Shown: positions 58,241 through 64,000 of the stretch, in pieces | Position numbering within the stretch: position 1 is the first letter of the stretch | How the letters are laid out: every line of letters starts with the position of its first letter | Assembly (NCBI GenBank): GCA_964472415.1 | Contig: CAYYLC010000001.1 | Coordinates: forward strand, 67,269-131,268 | Origin: an uncultured Gammaproteobacteria bacterium | GTDB lineage: Bacteria > Patescibacteriota > Microgenomatia > Levybacterales > GWA1-39-11 | Direction: 5' to 3' | Length of the DNA stretch: 64,000 bases | Translations under genes and position numbers: made by a program | The notes under the pieces: generated by a model | What the model saw: the letters and a program-made list of their open reading frames with translations, nothing else | Database searches by the model: none | What the model was told of the DNA's origin: nothing

Positions 58241-58270
58241 ATTATAGACCTGCTTCGGAAGATTTGTCAA
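58241..58270 (-). promoter_or_regulatory. Consensus sigma70 promoter driving the attenuated leader
   Basis: Minus-strand TTGACA (58270-65), 18-nt spacer, TATAAT (58246-41). Confidence 0.8.
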
Positions 58271-58320
58271 TAGTAAGATGCTCTGAAGGAATTTGTGCTT
58301 GTGTGATATTATATCTAAAT

Positions 58321-59673
58321 ATGAATGAACACAGAGTGCTTGCACTTGAGGCTAATGAGAAGATAGGAGAAACAGTTTTTGTAAAAGGTTTTATTCAGCG
58401 AGTTCGACTTCATGGAAAGCTTGCGTTTTTTGATCTGCGCGATAGAACCGGGATAATTCAAGTCGTGACAGTAAGCGAAGAAGTCATAGAGGAATTATCG
58501 AATTTGCAGGTCCAGTCAGTTGTAGAATTTAGAGGGCTTGTAAAAGAGCGAGGGCAGCGATATAAAAATGAAAATCTTCCAACAGGAAGGATAGAAATAG
58601 AGGTGATCTCAGATTTTAGTGTTTTATCAAAGGCAGATATAATGCCGTTTGATATGGGAGTTGAAGAGTTAAACCTCCAGCTCCCAACACTCCTTGATTA
58701 TCGGACACTCGCCTTGAGAAATAAAAAGGTTGCAGATATATTTTTGGTTCAGGCGTCTATCTTGAAGGGATTTCGAAATGCTGCCGAAAAGCAAGATGCA
58801 ACGGAAATTGTTGTTCCGACAATTTCTGCTTCTGCGACAGAAGGAGGAGCAGAAGTTTTTCCTGTTAAATACTATGACCATGATGCCTATCTTACGCAGA
58901 GCCCACAGCTGTATAAGCAGATGATGGTACCAGTGTTTGAACGAGTCTTTACGATATCTCATGCATATCGAGCAGAGCCTTCCGTTACGACTCGTCATCT
59001 TTCAGAAAATACTCAGCTGGATATGGAGATAGGATTTGTAAACTTTTCTGAGCTTTTAGATATTTTAGAAACAGTAATTACGGATACACTTAAGTTTGCA
59101 GAAGAAAGAAATCGAGAAATTCTTTCTGCATATGGAGTTGAAAGAATTGCATTTGATAGTATTCCAAGATTGAAACTTTCTGAAGCTCAAGAAATTATTT
59201 ATCAAGAGTTTAATCGTGATGTTCGTGGAGAGAAGGATTTAGGGCCACAGGATGAAGTGGATATTTCAGCTTGGGCGCTCAAGAATCATAACTCAGATTT
59301 GGTTACGATTACACACTTCCCTACAAAAAAGCGAGCGTTTTATACAATGCCGGATCCAGAGAATCCAGAATTGAGCCTTTCATTTGATATTTTATTTAGA
59401 GGTGTAGAAATTTCCAGTGGAAGTCAGAGAATTCATGACTATGAAAAACTAGTTATCGCAATTAAAGATCGCGGTATGGATCCTGAAAATTTTTCTTTAT
59501 ATCTCCAATCTTTTCAGTATGGGATGCCACCTGAAGGGGGATTTTCCTTTGGACTTGAGCGGATAACTATGCACATGTTGAACCTTGCAAATGTCCGTGA
59601 AGCGTCGTTGTTCCCAAGAGATATGGAGCGCGTTGATGTTCGCCTTAAAGAAATCCAAAAGAAAAACAAATAA
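58321..59673 (+). CDS. aspS: Aspartyl-tRNA synthetase, short archaeal-type (probably non-discriminating)
   Basis: FFDLRDRTG OB fold, EGGAEVF, YLTQSPQLYKQ, YRAEPS.TTRHL, EISSGSQRIH, GMPPEGGFSFGLER; about 450 aa, with no bacterial GAD insertion. Confidence 0.92.
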   Translation: MNEHRVLALEANEKIGETVFVKGFIQRVRLHGKLAFFDLRDRTGIIQVVTVSEEVIEELSNLQVQSVVEFRGLVKERGQRYKNENLPTGRIEIEVISDFSVLSKADIMPFDMGVEELNLQLPTLLDYRTLALRNKKVADIFLVQASILKGFRNAAEKQDATEIVVPTISASATEGGAEVFPVKYYDHDAYLTQSPQLYKQMMVPVFERVFTISHAYRAEPSVTTRHLSENTQLDMEIGFVNFSELLDILETVITDTLKFAEERNREILSAYGVERIAFDSIPRLKLSEAQEIIYQEFNRDVRGEKDLGPQDEVDISAWALKNHNSDLVTITHFPTKKRAFYTMPDPENPELSLSFDILFRGVEISSGSQRIHDYEKLVIAIKDRGMDPENFSLYLQSFQYGMPPEGGFSFGLERITMHMLNLANVREASLFPRDMERVDVRLKEIQKKNK

Positions 59674-60601
59674 AAAAGCCCCACAATCTCAGGGAAAAAA
59701 GATATTGTATGTTTTTTTGCTCATATTAGGAGCGAATTGTATCGTTTTATTTTTTCTTATATATTTTATTGTAAAACTCTATATGGTATCAGCGAGCTCT
59801 TCCACTCAGAGCGAAATACCAATTACATCTCTCCCACAGATGAGTGACAATTCTGAGATTCTCGTTTCTGCCAGATCCTACACAGTATATGATCCAGCAG
59901 TTCGTACGGTGATTTTCTCTAAAAATCCCAAGTTGCGAATCTCTCCCGCATCTTCCATAAAAATACTTACGGCACTGGTTGCGCTCGATGCATATCCATT
60001 GCAGCAGTATTTAACGGTTAATACAACAGCTTCTCCTGATGAGTCAAAAATGGGTTTGTATTGGGGAGAGGAGGTAAATGTTGAAAACTTATTATACGGG
60101 TTGCTTCTTGCTTCTGGGAATGATGCAGCAAAAACTTTGGCGGGAAATTTCTTAGGAGGCTCAGATATGTTTGTAAAAGCTATGAATGAAAAAGCAAAAA
60201 TTATTGGTCTTTCAGAATCACAATTTTATGATCCAAGCGGATATCTAGATCAGAATTACTCTACGGCATCAGATCTGGCACGCCTAGGAGCACATGCGAT
60301 GCAGAATGAGATAATCCGAAGAATTGTAGGAACGAGAAACTATGTTGCTCATGATAAGTATGGCATGGCTATGCATCCATTGGTGAATCTGAATGAACTT
60401 CTTATAAACCCGAATGTTACTGGGATAAAAACAGGATTTACCAATGAAGCAGGCGGTGTTTTGATAACAAATTATGTTCATGAAGGTCGGAATTTAATAA
60501 TCGTTGTTATGAAGAGTGAAGATAGGTTCTATGATACAAGGACAATTATTGATGCGATACAGAAGAGAGTTACCTATTCAGATATTGGAGCTGCGCTTTG
60601 A
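59636..60601 (+). CDS. D-alanyl-D-alanine carboxypeptidase (peptidase S11)
   Basis: TM anchor; PASSIK (SxxK), SGNDAA (SxN), GIKTGFT (KTG). Start uncertain. Confidence 0.9.
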   Translation: MFALKKSKRKTNKKAPQSQGKKILYVFLLILGANCIVLFFLIYFIVKLYMVSASSSTQSEIPITSLPQMSDNSEILVSARSYTVYDPAVRTVIFSKNPKLRISPASSIKILTALVALDAYPLQQYLTVNTTASPDESKMGLYWGEEVNVENLLYGLLLASGNDAAKTLAGNFLGGSDMFVKAMNEKAKIIGLSESQFYDPSGYLDQNYSTASDLARLGAHAMQNEIIRRIVGTRNYVAHDKYGMAMHPLVNLNELLINPNVTGIKTGFTNEAGGVLITNYVHEGRNLIIVVMKSEDRFYDTRTIIDAIQKRVTYSDIGAAL

Positions 60602-61644
60602 ATATACTTTACAGCCGAAATATAAGCGACTACATCAGCTCCTTCAAAAACTACCACTGGTTGCACATATTCTGAAGTAGTTTTATCAAGGTAGTACGCG
60701 AGATATACATTGGTGAATTGAATATCCGTTTTATTGGTTGGGTTATACAGATACCCATTTCCATTTTTAAGTTCTTCGAATGCTTCCTCTGCAGTTTTTA
60801 TTGGATAATCAGAAAAATCATCAAGCAAAATTGTATAAGCATATACTTCTCCTTGCAGGATAGCGACTCGGCTTCGAGATGGGTAAGAGATGAGGAGGCT
60901 AGTAAGAGAGATATCGGGCTCTGGGTAAACAAATGGAAATGGAGTCTTGCTGAGCTCGTTCTGAATAGGTTTATGGTTGAGATTTATCCGTGCAATTTTT
61001 GCATTAAAGATACTGTCTAGCGGTGTTAGGGTAGGTCCATTAACAGTAAAATATTGGATGTTTGGGTCAAATTCTAAACTTGTTTGATTTACTTTTAGTG
61101 TTGTAAGAAATTCTGCTACATGTTGCCTGATTCTGTCTTCATCAGGGAATCCAGAATTTGTGAGGATGTTCGGGAATGCGAGGTAGTTGGATTGGATAGT
61201 AAAGTTTTTAGTGACCGTGTCATATTGGATAGATGGATTATGAGTAAAATTAGGATTTGTCCATTGGTATACGTTTTCTGAGATGACAATTTCCTGATCT
61301 GTAAATCCTGCATTTCCAACAATTATTCGAGAGTTTTGGATTGCAAGCAAATCTGATTTTGGCTGAGCGATACGATATACATACATTTTGCTCGGGAGTA
61401 TAGGAAGTCTGCCATTAGTAGTATTGATTTGATATGTTATGTTCCCTGTAGGTGGGGTAAATTTCAGCCCAGGAAGTTCTCCGAATGCCTGTTCTGGCAT
61501 TATAGGAGGTGGGGGATTAACTATGTTCATGATAAATCCGCCAATTGTAAATAGTATATAAATCCCAAATAGTATAGCAAGGATGATTGCGCAGAATTTG
61601 AGGAGCGTTCGTGATTTTTCTGTTATTTTCGCAAGTGATGACAT
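60574..61644 (-). CDS. Membrane-anchored hypothetical protein
   Basis: N-terminal TM, FGELP, YPIKTAEEAFEELKNG, VYLAYY..YVQPVVVFEG. Confidence 0.75.
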   Translation of the reverse strand: MSSLAKITEKSRTLLKFCAIILAILFGIYILFTIGGFIMNIVNPPPPIMPEQAFGELPGLKFTPPTGNITYQINTTNGRLPILPSKMYVYRIAQPKSDLLAIQNSRIIVGNAGFTDQEIVISENVYQWTNPNFTHNPSIQYDTVTKNFTIQSNYLAFPNILTNSGFPDEDRIRQHVAEFLTTLKVNQTSLEFDPNIQYFTVNGPTLTPLDSIFNAKIARINLNHKPIQNELSKTPFPFVYPEPDISLTSLLISYPSRSRVAILQGEVYAYTILLDDFSDYPIKTAEEAFEELKNGNGYLYNPTNKTDIQFTNVYLAYYLDKTTSEYVQPVVVFEGADVVAYISAVKYIQSAAPISE

Positions 61645-61696
61645 AGATTCGATTTATCTTGAGTATAGGTAAATATTAGGTTAAAATGCAATAGTA

Positions 61697-62926
61697 ATGA
61701 GCCAATCTATGAAATCTCGTGTTCGATATGCGCCAAGTCCTACTGGTATCCCACATGTGGGAAATATAAGAACTGCATTATTCGATTACTTTTTCGCAAA
61801 ATCAAATGGCGGTGAGTTTATATTGCGTCTTGAGGATACGGATCAAGCAAGAAAAACAGAAGGAGCGATAGAGGCGATTGAAGAAAGCTTGAATTGGCTG
61901 GGAGCTTCGTGGGATGAGTATGTAGTGCAGTCGAAGCGACTTTCCGAATACCAAAAATATGCAAAGAAGCTTGTAGAAAAAGGAAAAGCTGTTGAAGAAG
62001 AAGGAGCAATTCGATTCATTACTCCAAAAGATCATGGCCCAATTTATTGGGAGGATGCGATTGGGGACAGGACTATTTCTTTTGAGGCGAACGAAGTTGA
62101 TAATTTTATAATCCTAAAAAAAGATGGGTATCCTACATATCATTTGGCAAATGTTGTAGATGATCATCTTATGAATATTACGCATGTAATTCGTGGTGAT
62201 GATTGGATATCTTCTACTCCAAAGCATATTTTGCTATATGAGGCGTTTGGATGGGAAAGTCCTATATTTGCACATGTGCCAAATGTCATGGGGACTGATG
62301 GAAAGAAATTATCTAAAAGACGTGGTGCGAAAAGTGTTTTGGAATATAAAAAAGAAGGTTTTCTTCCAGAAGCAGTATTAAATTATTTAATGCTCCTTGG
62401 CTGGGCGCCAAAAGATGACAAGACTATTGTTTCCCGAGAAGAAGTTATAGCAGAATTCAATCTTTCCGATGTGAGTGTTTCACCGGGGATTTTTGATGAG
62501 AAGAAATTGACTTGGATGAATGGAGAGTATATCCGGAGTCTTAGCGAGGAAGATTTTAGACAACGGGTTTTTGAATTTGATTCAGATTTGCGGAGTTATG
62601 ATGATGCGTTAATTTCTGCATTGATGCCTCTTGCAAAAACCCGTATGCGAACACTTTCAGATTTTAGATTACTTGTCTTGCCATTCGTGGAAGAAAGAGT
62701 CCTTCCAAAGGGAGAAATTCGTGAGGGGTTTTTTGGAGTACTTTCTCAAGTTGAAGATTGGGAATTGGAAAACATAGTCTCTGCATTAAAAAATTTTGTG
62801 ATGGATAGGCAAATCAAATTCCCTGATTTATATGAGGCGATTATTGGTGAGCGAAAAGGCTTGCCATTGGGAGATGTGTTTGAAATTTTAGGCAAAGAAA
62901 GAACGCTTTTGCTTCTTAAAAAATAA
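61697..62926 (+). CDS. gltX: Glutamyl-tRNA synthetase
   Basis: RYAPSPTGIPHVGN, LRLEDTD, PTYHLANVVDDH, ITHVIRG, KLSKR. Confidence 0.96.
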   Translation: MSQSMKSRVRYAPSPTGIPHVGNIRTALFDYFFAKSNGGEFILRLEDTDQARKTEGAIEAIEESLNWLGASWDEYVVQSKRLSEYQKYAKKLVEKGKAVEEEGAIRFITPKDHGPIYWEDAIGDRTISFEANEVDNFIILKKDGYPTYHLANVVDDHLMNITHVIRGDDWISSTPKHILLYEAFGWESPIFAHVPNVMGTDGKKLSKRRGAKSVLEYKKEGFLPEAVLNYLMLLGWAPKDDKTIVSREEVIAEFNLSDVSVSPGIFDEKKLTWMNGEYIRSLSEEDFRQRVFEFDSDLRSYDDALISALMPLAKTRMRTLSDFRLLVLPFVEERVLPKGEIREGFFGVLSQVEDWELENIVSALKNFVMDRQIKFPDLYEAIIGERKGLPLGDVFEILGKERTLLLLKK

Positions 62927-62967
62927 TTATTTGCAAAAAGATATAAAATTAGTGTTCAATAAGATAC

Positions 62968-63336
62968 ATGATAAAACCACGAAAACTTATGAGTTCTTTC
63001 CCTTATGCACTGGATGGACTTTATCTTGCAGTAAAACTTGATCAGAATGTTAGATTTCATCTTATCGTAAGCGTGATAGTTTTGCTGTTCTCTTTTTATT
63101 TTAAAATAACTGTTATTGAGTTTTTGTTTGTTTTGCTTGCGATATTTTTTGTATTAATTTCTGAAATGGTAAATACGGCGATAGAGGAGATGACAAATCT
63201 TATCACTCGTGAACATCATGAGAATGCAAAAGTAGCAAAAGATATTGCTGCAGGAGCAGTGCTACTTTCCGTAATATTCTCAGTTGTCATAGGGGTAATT
63301 ATTTTTATTCCGAGAGTGCTCTCCCTCCTTAGTTAA
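62968..63336 (+). CDS. dgkA: Diacylglycerol/undecaprenol kinase family protein
   Basis: SFPYALDG, SEMVNTAIE, AKVAKDIAAGAV; three TM helices. Confidence 0.92.
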   Translation: MIKPRKLMSSFPYALDGLYLAVKLDQNVRFHLIVSVIVLLFSFYFKITVIEFLFVLLAIFFVLISEMVNTAIEEMTNLITREHHENAKVAKDIAAGAVLLSVIFSVVIGVIIFIPRVLSLLS

Positions 63337-63593
63337 TTTTTATCACTCGAATGTGTATGTGCCGTGGTGAGTGCGAGAATCTCAGTCATTTTTTTCACAA
63401 ATTTTTCTGCGTGTTCACGACTCATGCCGATCCGTGATACGACTTGAATTTGATTTGAATTGCCAACTTTTTGACAGATATCAAGCGTTACACCATCAGG
63501 ATTCACGTTAATAAAAACTGTATCAGTGTAGAGAATATGTACTTTCTCAGGATTCATCGTTACATTAAATTGTGGTTTATCTTCTTTTGCCAT
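63333..63593 (-). CDS. DUF3467-like small protein
   Basis: ILYTD.VFI..DGVTLD..VVSRIGMSREHAEKF; strong SD AAGGAGGTGA 11 nt upstream. Confidence 0.7.
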   Translation of the reverse strand: MAKEDKPQFNVTMNPEKVHILYTDTVFINVNPDGVTLDICQKVGNSNQIQVVSRIGMSREHAEKFVKKMTEILALTTAHTHSSDKN

Positions 63594-63600
63594 AATATGT

Positions 63601-63726
63601 TTAATCACCTCCTTGTAAGTATTTTCTTACAGTATGCAGGTAGCGCGAGTCTCGTGTAGTCTTTGTGCTGCTTTTTATTTGTTTTTGGAGTGTTTTTGAA
63701 GTCAGAATGATTGGTAAATTTTTCAT
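63601..63726 (-). CDS. Putative 41-aa basic leaderless upstream ORF (not in ORF track)
   Basis: MKNLPIILTSKTLQKQIKSSTKTTRDSRYLHTVRKYLQGGD*; its ATG lies 7 nt after TATAAT (63739-34) and its last codons contain the downstream SD. Confidence 0.45.
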   Translation of the reverse strand: MKNLPIILTSKTLQKQIKSSTKTTRDSRYLHTVRKYLQGGD

Positions 63727-63883
63727 GCGGTTTATTATAGCGTAATTTAGACTCTTCATGCTATAATACCACTTAGCTAGTACTTCTTAGATGCGTTACC
63801 AACAATAATTTTCCAAAAGATTTATTAATGGATTCACTGTATTCTAGGCATTTAGCATATTTTAAAAAAAGGAGGTGAATCAT

Positions 63884-64000
63884 ATGAACAATAAACTATT
63901 CGTTGGGGGTCTTGCATGGGCGACTACTGATGACTCATTGAGAGAATTTTTCTCAACAGTCGGAACTGTTACTTCAGCAAATGTTATTTCAGATAAATAT
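63884..64000 (+). CDS. RRM (RNP-1) RNA-binding protein, 3'-truncated by window edge
   Basis: [39 protein letters not shown] (RNP2 LFVGGL); SD AAGGAGGTGA; extended -10 TGCTATAAT at 63759-67. Confidence 0.92.
   Translation, partial: MNNKLFVGGLAWATTDDSLREFFSTVGTVTSANVISDKY

Noticed and set aside
58150-58320. T-box riboswitch upstream of aspS
   Set aside because: There is no T-box consensus (AAnnnGGGTGGnACCGCG) and no plus-strand terminator before aspS; the U-tract polarity fits the minus strand.
1223-63659. Many 60-150 aa ORF-track entries nested in or antisense to long genes
   Set aside because: These are shadow ORFs of well-supported genes and carry no independent motifs.

Overview
A gene-dense, AT-rich stretch of core bacterial chromosome. 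Gene content points to a Patescibacteria/CPR organism, most likely Microgenomates; this is an inference from the class I LysRS, short archaeal-type AspRS, miniature TsaB, UvrD-nuclease fusion and many membrane-anchored hypotheticals. The standard genetic code applies: TGA is used as a stop and RF2 is present. The window carries the RNase P RNA gene and genes for translation and tRNA modification (miaA end, tsaBCDE, lysS, serS, aspS, gltX, cca, prfB), transcription (greA), DNA metabolism (topA, recJ, rmuC, UvrD-nuclease, GIY-YIG), secretion (secA, secDF) and cell wall/division (ddl, VanW-like, ftsEX plus an M23 peptidase, dacA-like). It also holds two multi-domain GH130 genes and a ten-gene nucleotide-sugar/glycosyltransferase locus. 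I saw no mobile element, prophage, CRISPR array or tRNA. The most notable signals outside the ORF track are: (1) a complete leader-peptide transcription attenuator (promoter, 16-aa uORF, alternative 1:2/2:3/3:4 helices, U-tract) upstream of an unknown gene at 58.1-58.3 kb; (2) a circularly permuted M23 peptidase with all catalytic residues present, downstream of ftsEX; (3) a window-wide pattern of -10 boxes 6-9 nt before start codons, suggesting leaderless expression, with SD sequences at only a few genes; (4) a Cys-His-Asp protein split by a +1 frameshift at TTT-TGA just before its putative catalytic Asp; (5) a terminator in the greA leader; and (6) several unannotated microproteins. All calls come from reading the sequence and motifs by eye; no searches were run.
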